Source: a virus
Length of the DNA: 64,000 nucleotides
Strand: one strand, 5' to 3'
IMG/VR virus record: IMGVR_UViG_3300003316_000080
Location: 3,483-67,482 of that record
The position numbers and the translations under genes were made by a program. Below, in pieces: positions 17,034 through 25,296 of the stretch (the stretch's first letter is position 1; the number at the start of each line of letters is the position of its first letter). The notes below the pieces were generated by a model. It saw nothing but the letters and a program-made list of their open reading frames with translations, ran no database searches and had not been told where the DNA came from.

Positions 17034-18997
17034 TCCCGCTGTCCATCACCATCAAGGATTGGGGCCCGTTCGTGGGCTCCCACACCTTCAAGTTCTCTGA
17101 GGCACCGGGCCTCTATTTCCTGTGGGGAGAGAACCGCGCAGAACCGCGCCTAGGCTCCAACGGCGCCGGCAAATCTCGCCTGTGGCAGGCGCTCACGTGG
17201 GTCTTTCATGGCAAGGATCTCGACGGCAAGAAGGCTGGTGACGTCGCGAACTGGAAGGTGGGTAAAGGCGCCTCCGTCGAGTTCTGCTACAGCATGGGTG
17301 GTGAGCAGTGGGTGATCGTCCGCCGCTGGTCGCCGAACGCATGGGAACTGCTGAGCGAGCACGGAGAGGTGTTTGACCTAGCAAAGGACAACACCAATTT
17401 GGCGCTGGTTCACGTCAAGTTGTCCTTTACGGCTTGGAAGCAGACCGTCATGCTCGGACAGGACCAAGACCTGTTCCTGGATCTCGGCGCTGAGCAGAAG
17501 GCAGCACTCTTCGCCGAGTTGATGAACCTCGATCATTGGCTGGATCTGGCCGCCAAGGCGTCGAAGAAGTCGACGGAAGAGGATGGACGGGCCCGCACGC
17601 TAGAAGCGCACATGGGTCGCTTGGAAGGGCAGTTGCAGCAACTGGATAACGACACGGGCGCGGAAGCCTCGCGTATCTGGGAGGAAGACCGCCAGAAGCG
17701 CCTGGGCGTCTACACACACGAGTTCGAGGCTGGAGCAACACGCCAAGCAAAGATGAAGGACGGTCTGAAGGCTGTGGAGGCCCAGGCAAATGAAATGCGC
17801 GAGCGGGCACGCAAGGCGCGTGAGCAGGAAGACAGCATTAGGCTCATGTACACGGAGTTGGACAAGACAGAGCCTGATGCGCGAGCAGAGGTGACTTTGC
17901 TTCAGTCACAGCTGGATGCGCTGATCAAGCACGAAGCAATGCTGGATGAGATGGACGACTGCCCAACGTGTGGTCAGACGATCGACACCAAGCACAAGCG
18001 CAAGGAACAAGAGGCCGTGTCCAAACAGGTCTTCGCCCTTGATCGTGATTTGGCAGCGGCCAAGCGCCACCACTCTGACGTCAAGGCCAAGGCGCGCGAA
18101 TGGGAAGACGCCTTTAACAAGGCAGTAGAGGAAACAGAGAAGCTAACTCAGCGCGTGCGTGAGCTTGAGCAGGACATCAAGGACCGCACACGCTCGATCA
18201 CACTGATGGATCGGGACCTGGACGATATCGAGATGCGCGTAGAGCGTCTGGAAGCACAGACGAACCCTCACGCTGCCGCAGACACCAAGCGTGCTGAAGA
18301 GCGTGAGCGTTTGACAGAAGCTGTACGAGCGACAAGGCGCCACCTCGACCAAGCCTCGAACCGCGCTGCGTACTTCAGCTACTGGGCACGCTGGTGCAAA
18401 GACATCCGCCTGATGTTGATCTCTGAGGCGCTGGCCCAGCTGGAGATCGAGGTCAATAACGAGTTGCACGCGGCCGGCCTCGATGAGGGGTGGGCCCTGC
18501 AGTTTGCTGTGGATCGCGAGACGAACGCCGGCACGGTGAAGCGCGGGTTCAACGTGCTTGTGCTATCGCCACACAACGATCGTGCAGTGCCCTGGGAGAT
18601 GTGGTCAGGTGGAGAGGCTCAGCGACTGCGTGTTGCAACTCAATGCGGCCTTGCCAACCTCGCCCGGGCACAGACAGGGGCATCCATCAACCTAGAGGTG
18701 TGGGATGAACCCACCAACGGGCTGTCGGAACAGGGCATCAACGATTTACTGACGATGCTCGCGCGTCGGGCAGAAGACGAGCAACGTGCGATCTGGGTTA
18801 TCGACCATCGATCGCACAGCTTCGGCGGTTTCGCCGGATCGTCTGGCGTGATCAAGACAGACGCCAGTTCTTCGTTTGACCAGACCGGTCTGTATAACGG
18901 AGGGGGCAATGTCGAAGTACATGAACAGCCCGTATCTGAGGCAAGCAATCGTGCGGCACATGATGTCCGCCGAATCGGACGCAAGGAACTCACATGA
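17030..18997 (+). CDS. SbcC/Rad50-like ATPase
   Basis: Walker A GSNGAGKS, long coiled coil with CPTCGQ zinc hook, signature SGGE, Walker B WVIDH. Confidence 0.8.
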   Translation: MIPLSITIKDWGPFVGSHTFKFSEAPGLYFLWGENRAEPRLGSNGAGKSRLWQALTWVFHGKDLDGKKAGDVANWKVGKGASVEFCYSMGGEQWVIVRRWSPNAWELLSEHGEVFDLAKDNTNLALVHVKLSFTAWKQTVMLGQDQDLFLDLGAEQKAALFAELMNLDHWLDLAAKASKKSTEEDGRARTLEAHMGRLEGQLQQLDNDTGAEASRIWEEDRQKRLGVYTHEFEAGATRQAKMKDGLKAVEAQANEMRERARKAREQEDSIRLMYTELDKTEPDARAEVTLLQSQLDALIKHEAMLDEMDDCPTCGQTIDTKHKRKEQEAVSKQVFALDRDLAAAKRHHSDVKAKAREWEDAFNKAVEETEKLTQRVRELEQDIKDRTRSITLMDRDLDDIEMRVERLEAQTNPHAAADTKRAEERERLTEAVRATRRHLDQASNRAAYFSYWARWCKDIRLMLISEALAQLEIEVNNELHAAGLDEGWALQFAVDRETNAGTVKRGFNVLVLSPHNDRAVPWEMWSGGEAQRLRVATQCGLANLARAQTGASINLEVWDEPTNGLSEQGINDLLTMLARRAEDEQRAIWVIDHRSHSFGGFAGSSGVIKTDASSSFDQTGLYNGGGNVEVHEQPVSEASNRAAHDVRRIGRKELT

Positions 18998-19347
18998 AAG
19001 ACCAGAAGCAAGAGCCGATGTTTCCGGAGATCGACTTGGAGAACATCGACGCGGGGGATCTGATCGGCGTGACCGATTGGCAGTTTCCACGAGGTGGGGA
19101 GATCCCGACGCAGAACGGTTGGTATGAGGTCAATGACTTCAACAGCGCTGTGGGATCACCTGAAGAGGTGGAGCGGCGCCAACTTGCACAGCGTGCTTTC
19201 TGGTCCGACGGAACCTGGATGTTTCCCAGTGAGAAGTATGCGGTCACCGGTTTTCAACTGCTCCAGGCCGGCCAGCCCTACGGCCACATCACTGTGGCGA
19301 ACATCGTCTGGCGTGGCCTGAAGGCACCGTGGCCGACGCAGGAATGA
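18994..19347 (+). CDS. hypothetical protein (GWYEV-motif family)
   Basis: ATGA overlap with SbcC stop; shares PGWYEV...W..DG.W pattern with the next ORF and with 26718..26960. Confidence 0.45.
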   Translation: MKDQKQEPMFPEIDLENIDAGDLIGVTDWQFPRGGEIPTQNGWYEVNDFNSAVGSPEEVERRQLAQRAFWSDGTWMFPSEKYAVTGFQLLQAGQPYGHITVANIVWRGLKAPWPTQE

Positions 19348-19697
19348 AGCCGCTGCCGGAGGGGATGTCAGACTGGTTCCCCTTCCCTCCTACGCTGCCC
19401 GGTTGGTACGAGGTGCTGCCACTCTTGTCTGTGGGATGGACGCCGGCACACGGCGCTCGCTGGAAGAAGCTCTACGGCTACACGCCAAGGCTGCAGACGA
19501 TCGCACAGCGCCACTGGGATGGGTCAAGCTGGTCAGACCCTGTCGAGCCTGATGCAACGCACCAGCAGCGCGTCCAGGCGTGCCAGCGTCGACGTCTGCC
19601 AAGACAACTGAACACCAGCACGCTATGGCGCGGTCGGTTGCAAGATGGCTGGCCTCCGCGTCCCCTGATCATTAGGGAGGTTCTACGCGATGCGTAG
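19344..19697 (+). CDS. hypothetical protein (GWYEV-motif family)
   Basis: ATGA overlap; paralogous motif to the preceding ORF. Confidence 0.45.
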   Translation: MKPLPEGMSDWFPFPPTLPGWYEVLPLLSVGWTPAHGARWKKLYGYTPRLQTIAQRHWDGSSWSDPVEPDATHQQRVQACQRRRLPRQLNTSTLWRGRLQDGWPPRPLIIREVLRDA

Positions 19698-19709
19698 ACA
19701 ATCCACGTC

Positions 19710-20651
19710 ATGACTGTCTATTACAACGAGTTCAATCTGCACGCAGCCAAGTGGATTAGCAATCTGATCAAGGCAGGTTTGATAGCACCCGGGATTGTCG
19801 ACACAAGGAGCATTGAGGATGTCAGACCGCGAGACTTGCGAGGGTTCAAGCAGTGTCATTTCTTCGCCGGAGTGGGCGTGTGGAGCTATGCACTCCGACA
19901 AGCGGGATGGGCAGATGACAGAGAGGTCTGGACAGGTAGTTGCCCCTGCCAACCTTTCAGCTCGGCAGGCGCAAAAGCTGGGTTTGATGACGAGCGGCAC
20001 TTGTGGCCCCACTTCCACTGGCTCATCGGCGAGTGCCGACCTACAGTCATTTATGGAGAGCAGGTTGCAAGCAAGAACGCGGACCCTTGGATCGACCTTG
20101 TATGTTCTGACCTGGAAGCCTTGGGTTACGCCTTCGGGGCGGTCCCGTTTGCGTCAGCGGGCGTCGGCGCCCCGCACGCGCGAGAGCGTACGTACTGGAT
20201 GGCCCACACCAACAACAAGGGACTGGAAGGACGGCAAGGGTTGCGACAACGTACCGGCGAACGCGCTGCTGGGGCGTGTGGTGTGGCTGGCCGGTTGGGC
20301 AACGCCGACTACGTTGCACAACAAGCGGACGGAGGCTTTCGCGGCGGGCCGCACTCCGACGCCTTCGGAAGTGCTGCCGACCTGCCAGCCGGCCCGACTA
20401 ACGGCTACTGGAAAACTGCTGACTGGCTCTTCTGCCGGGATGAGCAGTGGAGGCCCGTTGAACCCGGCACATTCCCGTTGGCTGATGGCGCTGTTGCCAG
20501 AATGGGACGCGTGCGCGCCTATGGAAACGCTATCAATGCTGAGCAAGCCCGAATCTTTATTGAAGTGGGCATGGAAGCCTTGCACGCCCAGACACAAGCT
20601 GAGAACACCTCGGCATCAACTGCGCGGAAGCAACTGAGAGGCCCTACGTGA
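19710..20651 (+). CDS. DNA (cytosine-5)-methyltransferase
   Basis: Motif I FFAGVGVW, motif IV GSCPCQPFSSAG, ENV-like YGEQV, motif VIII LEALGYAFGAVPFASAGVGAPHARERTYWMA, motif X-like RAYGNAINAEQA. Confidence 0.7.
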   Translation: MTVYYNEFNLHAAKWISNLIKAGLIAPGIVDTRSIEDVRPRDLRGFKQCHFFAGVGVWSYALRQAGWADDREVWTGSCPCQPFSSAGAKAGFDDERHLWPHFHWLIGECRPTVIYGEQVASKNADPWIDLVCSDLEALGYAFGAVPFASAGVGAPHARERTYWMAHTNNKGLEGRQGLRQRTGERAAGACGVAGRLGNADYVAQQADGGFRGGPHSDAFGSAADLPAGPTNGYWKTADWLFCRDEQWRPVEPGTFPLADGAVARMGRVRAYGNAINAEQARIFIEVGMEALHAQTQAENTSASTARKQLRGPT

Positions 20652-20881
20652 AGATCACTGACGTGTCCAACAAGAAGACAGTGGTGTGTGGCTTCACATG
20701 CTGGCATTGCCGCCGCGTGGTGTTATCTGGTGGCGCCGCTGAAGTCGTCGAGATCTCGATCAAGTTGCGGCCGGGCGCTGACAGACGTGAGCGTGCAAAC
20801 CGCCTGAGAATGGCCCGTGCTGAACTGCGCCATGCCCTTGCTATATTCCGCGCCAACAAAGAACTTGAGGACCTCGCATGA
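20648..20881 (+). CDS. small zinc-ribbon protein
   Basis: GTGA overlap upstream, ATGA overlap downstream; CGFTCWHC cysteine cluster. Confidence 0.4.
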   Translation: MKITDVSNKKTVVCGFTCWHCRRVVLSGGAAEVVEISIKLRPGADRRERANRLRMARAELRHALAIFRANKELEDLA

Positions 20882-23370
20882 GTGTGCGTTGTGTTGACTG
20901 CCTTGTGGGCCTGCGCCAGCTTCCAGATGCATCCGTTGATGCCATCGTCACGGATCCGCCCTACGGCCTGAGCGAGCAGAAGCCAGCGGAACTCGCTGCT
21001 TGCATCGCTGCATGGCTGGCCGGCGAGGTCTACCAGCCGAAGGGCAAGGGCTTCATGGGCAAGTCCTGGGACGCCTGGGTGCCTGGGCCCGAAGTCTGGC
21101 GCGAGTGCTTCCGCGTTCTCAAGCCGGGCGGACACATCCTGGCCTTCGCCGGCACGCGCACGCAGCACTTGATGGCGCTGTCGATGGCCCTGGCTGGATT
21201 CGAAATCAGGGACATGATCGCCTGGGTGTATGGCTCCGGGTTTCCGAAGTCGCTGGACGTGTCGAAGGCGGTCGACAAGGCAGGCGGAGCCTCGCCCGTC
21301 GAGCAGGCTGAACTGCTGCGCCGCAAGCGCGTGGCGGCCGGCCTGACGCGAGAGCAGGTCGCGGAACACTGCGGGTGCACTCCATCGAGCGTTCGAGACT
21401 GGGAAGAAGGCCGAGCGCGCGCCGTCGGTGCCGCCGTTGAGTTCATCGTCCCGAGCGACGAGTACCGCACCAAGCTGGCCGACTTGCTCGGTTACAGCGT
21501 GGACGAGCGCAAGCTGATTGGAACCTCGGCTGACCGGCGCGGCGATGGCACCGTCTACGGGGTGGGCCACAGCGGAGAGTTGCGCGCTGGCGGCAACACC
21601 GACGCTGCCCGCCAGTGGGAAGGCTGGGGCACCGCCCTGAAGCCGGCCCTTGAAACGGTTACTTTCGCTTCAAAGCCGTATACCGAAGAGCAGGAACGGA
21701 GTATAATTCAATCGAACCTAATTCGATTGGAGGCCCGTTTATGGTTGCTGTCGTCTGCGAGTGCTGCGGAAAAGAGTTCAACGTCAAGCCAAAGCGAGTA
21801 CGGCGCGGCGTGCGCTATTGCTCAATGGAGTGCCGACGAAATCACCAGTACACGGGCCGCTTTGTGCGGTCAGATGGATACGTCGCTGTTCGAGTGGGCA
21901 GCGACTACCAGCTTGAGCATCGTGTCGTCATGGAGGCGCACATTGGTCGAAAGCTGGAGCGATGGGAGCACGTCCACCACCGAAACGAAGTCAAACACGA
22001 CAACCGACTCGAGAACCTTGAAATTCTCACTGTCGCAGATCACGCCGAGCACCATCATCAAGGCCTGCAGCCTTCCCGGTGGGTTCAATGCGAATGCCTC
22101 CACTGCGGAAAGCCACTTCAACGCCTCGCTGTTGTTGTTGCAAAGCATCCGCACACTTTCTGCGACCGAGCCTGCTATATCGCAGGCGCAGCACGAACAC
22201 CTGGGCGCGGGCGTAAAGCCGAACCTTGATCCATGCATCATGGCGCGCAAGCCGCTGGTCGGAACGGTCGCGGCCAACGTTCTGGAGCACGGGACGGGGG
22301 CGCTGAATATCGACGGGTGCCGCGTGGGCGATGAGGAGCGGGTGAACGGCGCCGGATCTGTGACCTCGCTTCAGCGTCAATCACGGGTCGCGGCGGGATA
22401 CCGCGATGATGCTGGCGTTGGCCCAGGCTCTGACGCGAAGACCGTTGTTGGCCGTTGGCCCGCCAACCTGATCCACGACGGCAGCGACGAGGTGCTGGCG
22501 GCGTTCCCGAACGCGCCTGGTCAACTCGCGACGGCGAGCACCAGCGACACGCAGCGCTCCGGACAGAACACCTACGGTGCGATGACCCGTGGCAGCACGG
22601 GACAAGAACCGCGCGACGAGCTCGACAAGAGCGCCGCCCGATTTTTCAAGGAGTGTGCATGGGACGAACCTCGATCTGTTGCGAGCACTGCCGCGCAGCC
22701 TTTGTGCCTGCAAAACCAAGTCGCCGATTCTGTTCAGAGCGCTGCAGCAACTTGGGCCAGCCTCGCGGGAATACTCTCAAACGATTCGAAGGAACGTTCT
22801 ATGAACGTAACTCCGATCGAGTCAAGAGCGATCGCAGAAACCGTTATCACTGCGACGACGAGTATCGCAAGCGGGTTCTCGCTCGAGTCGCAGCACGAAA
22901 GGCTCACCCCGTGCCGCAGCCTTGTGAAGACTGTGGTGCGCCGAACGCCGATCGGCATCACGACGATTACGACAAGCCTCTCTCGATCCGATGGAAGTGC
23001 CGGAGCTGCCACGTTCACCATCACGCCGACGAGCTTGGATCGTGGGGATCTGGGCTCGCGGTTTGAGTACTGCGCCAAGGCTAGCAAGAAGGATCGCGGC
23101 GAGGGTAACAACCACCCTACTGTCAAGCCGACCGCGCTGATGCGGTATCTCGTCCGCCTTGTTACCCCTCCGGGTGGCACTGTACTTGATCCTTACACGG
23201 GCTCTGGTTCAACAGGAGTGGCCGCGCAAGCGGAAGGCTTCAAGTTCATCGGATTTGAGAATGACCCTGCTTCTTGTGCGATTGCAAACAGGCGAATGGG
23301 ACTCACGGGCCTGCTTGCTGTGAACAAAGAGCGCCGCCAGCTGCGTCTTCGCAAGCAGTTGATTGAGTGA
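20878..23370 (+). CDS. N6-adenine/N4-cytosine DNA methyltransferase (DPPY class), open frame interrupted by two HNH-gene inserts
   Basis: N-term VTDPPYGL; embedded XRE-like HTH; GWGTALKPA../..ARKPLVGTVAANVLEHGTGALNIDGCR; C-term HPTVKP and VLDPYTGSGSTG; 830-aa frame with no stop. Confidence 0.7.
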   Translation: MSVRCVDCLVGLRQLPDASVDAIVTDPPYGLSEQKPAELAACIAAWLAGEVYQPKGKGFMGKSWDAWVPGPEVWRECFRVLKPGGHILAFAGTRTQHLMALSMALAGFEIRDMIAWVYGSGFPKSLDVSKAVDKAGGASPVEQAELLRRKRVAAGLTREQVAEHCGCTPSSVRDWEEGRARAVGAAVEFIVPSDEYRTKLADLLGYSVDERKLIGTSADRRGDGTVYGVGHSGELRAGGNTDAARQWEGWGTALKPALETVTFASKPYTEEQERSIIQSNLIRLEARLWLLSSASAAEKSSTSSQSEYGAACAIAQWSADEITSTRAALCGQMDTSLFEWAATTSLSIVSSWRRTLVESWSDGSTSTTETKSNTTTDSRTLKFSLSQITPSTIIKACSLPGGFNANASTAESHFNASLLLLQSIRTLSATEPAISQAQHEHLGAGVKPNLDPCIMARKPLVGTVAANVLEHGTGALNIDGCRVGDEERVNGAGSVTSLQRQSRVAAGYRDDAGVGPGSDAKTVVGRWPANLIHDGSDEVLAAFPNAPGQLATASTSDTQRSGQNTYGAMTRGSTGQEPRDELDKSAARFFKECAWDEPRSVASTAAQPLCLQNQVADSVQSAAATWASLAGILSNDSKERSMNVTPIESRAIAETVITATTSIASGFSLESQHERLTPCRSLVKTVVRRTPIGITTITTSLSRSDGSAGAATFTITPTSLDRGDLGSRFEYCAKASKKDRGEGNNHPTVKPTALMRYLVRLVTPPGGTVLDPYTGSGSTGVAAQAEGFKFIGFENDPASCAIANRRMGLTGLLAVNKERRQLRLRKQLIE
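21741..22229 (+). CDS. HNH homing endonuclease nested in MTase gene
   Basis: Own GGAGG RBS; CxxC clusters; EHVHHRNEVKHDNRLENLEILTVADHAEHHH; +2 frame relative to MTase. Confidence 0.8.
   Translation: MVAVVCECCGKEFNVKPKRVRRGVRYCSMECRRNHQYTGRFVRSDGYVAVRVGSDYQLEHRVVMEAHIGRKLERWEHVHHRNEVKHDNRLENLEILTVADHAEHHHQGLQPSRWVQCECLHCGKPLQRLAVVVAKHPHTFCDRACYIAGAARTPGRGRKAEP
22659..23066 (+). CDS. HNH homing endonuclease nested in MTase gene
   Basis: AAGGAG RBS; CEDCGAPNADRHHDDYDKPLSIRWKCRSCHVHHH; +2 frame relative to MTase. Confidence 0.75.
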   Translation: MGRTSICCEHCRAAFVPAKPSRRFCSERCSNLGQPRGNTLKRFEGTFYERNSDRVKSDRRNRYHCDDEYRKRVLARVAARKAHPVPQPCEDCGAPNADRHHDDYDKPLSIRWKCRSCHVHHHADELGSWGSGLAV

Positions 23371-23484
23371 CACAATGAACACTCTTTCGTGACCTCTCGA
23401 TGGAACAGATCAACCGACCGGAAAGGATGGGTAGGCGCATGCGTTGAAGCGAACAGGACACGCCCACGTGGGCATTTAGGCAAA

Positions 23485-23520
23485 AGGCCCCTGACTCAAC
23501 ATCAGGGGCCTTTATGCTTT
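23485..23520 (+). terminator. rho-independent terminator hairpin between convergent units
   Basis: AGGCCCCTG...CAGGGGCCT stem followed by TTATGCTTT. Confidence 0.5.
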
Positions 23521-23538
23521 CGAGCGGAGGGGAGGGTG

Positions 23539-23961
23539 TCAGAACGTGACACCCATGCGCTTCAATTTCACCTTGATCTCATCCACCGTGTGGATCACCT
23601 CGGGTCGAGAGAACAAACCCCAGCGATCTTTGTGCACCATGCACGACACGTCGTCGACGATCAGTGACGCATTGGCAACGAGGGCAAACGGCAGGTCCAT
23701 CACCTTGGTGTTGGTTGCGAAGGCTGCTGTCTGTCCGTTGAGGCAGAACAGCAACCGTGTGAGTTGTGGTTGCTCAGAGCGACGCTTGCGCTCGTCCACA
23801 TCACGCTTGACCGCGCGCAGCAGATGGTGGACGACGGCCACAGCACGGCGCTGATCAGGTGTGCTCTGGCGAGCCACCATACAGTCAAGCTCATGCACCC
23901 ACCACTGGCCCTCTTGGAAGTCCTCCAGTGGACTTGTCCCGTCACACTTGTCATTGCTCAT
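23539..23961 (-). CDS. hypothetical protein
   Basis: Last gene of leftward operon; start overlaps upstream gene stop. Confidence 0.45.
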   Translation of the reverse strand: MSNDKCDGTSPLEDFQEGQWWVHELDCMVARQSTPDQRRAVAVVHHLLRAVKRDVDERKRRSEQPQLTRLLFCLNGQTAAFATNTKVMDLPFALVANASLIVDDVSCMVHKDRWGLFSRPEVIHTVDEIKVKLKRMGVTF

Positions 23962-24151
23962 CGCTTTTCTCCTTTGATGCTGCGAAGCTCTTGGTGTCCG
24001 CAGGAATGTCGTCCATGAGTGGACCCAGACCGAATGCGTCTGCTATCACCCGAGTGAATGGCTGAACCGGGCAGTGCACGTACCAGTGACCGCGCTGGCC
24101 GCAAGTGACGCACTCGCGCTCCGGGTTGAGTTGTTGTGGATCAGCTGGCAT
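23951..24151 (-). CDS. CCHC zinc-knuckle protein
   Basis: GGAGG RBS then ATG (MPADPQQ); C-x2-C-x4-H-x4-C in CVTCGQRGHWYVHC. Confidence 0.45.
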   Translation of the reverse strand: MPADPQQLNPERECVTCGQRGHWYVHCPVQPFTRVIADAFGLGPLMDDIPADTKSFAASKEKSDEQ

Positions 24152-24290
24152 TGGTGCCTCCGATGAAGTCCGCTGGATCAGGCCGGCGCTCGTCGAACTC
24201 ACGGCCGTCGCGGGCGGCTGCGAACATGCGCGCGTACCATGACTCCAGCGCTGCTCGATAGCGCATCAGCGCGCGGAACTCGGCGCTCAC
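24141..24290 (-). CDS. hypothetical small protein (49 aa)
   Basis: GGAGG RBS then GTG; overlaps neighbours by 4-11 nt. Confidence 0.3.
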   Translation of the reverse strand: MSAEFRALMRYRAALESWYARMFAAARDGREFDERRPDPADFIGGTNAS

Positions 24291-24409
24291 GATCCGCCTC
24301 CCTGGGACAGCGCGGCACTATCGGTTTCAGCCATGTAGCGATGCGCTGCGGATTGCGCTTTCAAGCGTTCGATCAGCGCTTCCAGCGCCTGGGTGCGTGA
24401 GGTGGTCAT
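24287..24409 (-). CDS. hypothetical small protein (40 aa)
   Basis: AAGGA RBS then ATG; translationally coupled to next gene. Confidence 0.3.
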   Translation of the reverse strand: MTTSRTQALEALIERLKAQSAAHRYMAETDSAALSQGGGS

Positions 24410-24458
24410 GGGTGTCCTTGGTGCGGGAATGTGGAATGTGGATAGGACTTAAGCCGTG

Positions 24459-24746
24459 TCAGGCGGGTCGAACAGCGTCAGGTGACACCGTGGCGAAGCG
24501 GCTCCGAGGGCTTTTGTAGTAGTCCATTTCAACGCGAAGTTGAATGCTGGCAGTCGTGCCGCTGCCAAAGTTCCAAGTGTGTACGGTGCAGCCCCAGATA
24601 GTGGCCGGTGACGGATTGACTTGGCGGCTGCTGAGTAGCACCCCGACACGTGTTCCAACTGGATAGAGGTCTGCGGCCAGGGCGAGTGCGTCGTCATGGG
24701 CTTTACCAACGGCGCCCAGTAGTTGGTTCAGGGCCTTTTCGTTCAT
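24459..24746 (-). CDS. hypothetical protein
   Basis: AAGGAGA RBS lying inside the C-terminus of the upstream gene. Confidence 0.5.
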   Translation of the reverse strand: MNEKALNQLLGAVGKAHDDALALAADLYPVGTRVGVLLSSRQVNPSPATIWGCTVHTWNFGSGTTASIQLRVEMDYYKSPRSRFATVSPDAVRPA

Positions 24747-24747
24747 G

Positions 24748-24981
24748 TCAGTTCTCCTTCACGATAGATTGCTTCAGTTGGGGATACTTTTCCTCCAAGT
24801 CGTCCAGCTGCTCGCGGGCGTGTTCACGTGTTTTCTCAAACACGGAGGTGAGCATGCTGGTCCATAGTGCATGACGCCGGCACGCCGACTCCCACATGCG
24901 CTGGTCGAAGGATTGGGCGAAGTCTTTGGGCACGGTGGTCCTGTCAGCGCGCTCTGATGCGCACCAGTATTCCCAAGCCAC
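24748..24981 (-). CDS. hypothetical protein, start uncertain
   Basis: C-terminal part looks coding and carries the RBS for the next gene; N-terminal limit unresolved (possible GTG at 24981). Confidence 0.3.
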   Translation of the reverse strand: MAWEYWCASERADRTTVPKDFAQSFDQRMWESACRRHALWTSMLTSVFEKTREHAREQLDDLEEKYPQLKQSIVKEN

Positions 24982-25270
24982 TGCCGCAGTACGTTGCGTG
25001 CACGCGGCATGCCTCTTCCAACGAGGCGCATTGCTGCAGGCGCGACCACGGGTGAAACCTGGACACACGCACTTGGACCTCCCAAGGAAACTGAAAGATG
25101 TGTTGCCGCTTGCGTTCAGCTTCACGATGCAATCGCTCCACAGCCTCAGTGGAGGATGGAAACCAGTCCTCCCACGAGGTGGGCTTGTGTGACGTGCCCC
25201 ATGCACCAGAGATCAGTGTCTGGATGTCCGCCAGGATTTGGTCACGCGATTTTTCGTCCCAGGTGGTCAT
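24944..25270 (-). CDS. hypothetical protein
   Basis: First gene downstream of the leftward promoter element at ~25300. Confidence 0.4.
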   Translation of the reverse strand: MTTWDEKSRDQILADIQTLISGAWGTSHKPTSWEDWFPSSTEAVERLHREAERKRQHIFQFPWEVQVRVSRFHPWSRLQQCASLEEACRVHATYCGSGLGILVRIRAR

Positions 25271-25296
25271 GTCTTGTTTCAGTGCGCTGTAGATGT

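Noticed and set aside
21679-22203. Intein interpretation of the HNH inserts in the MTase
   Set aside because: The HNH ORFs are in the +2 frame relative to the MTase and have their own RBS and stop codons; inteins must be in frame with the host protein.
21679-22203. Group I intron interpretation of the first MTase insert
   Set aside because: Only ~100 nt of the insert lies outside the HNH ORF, too little for a group I ribozyme core; splicing is not excluded experimentally.
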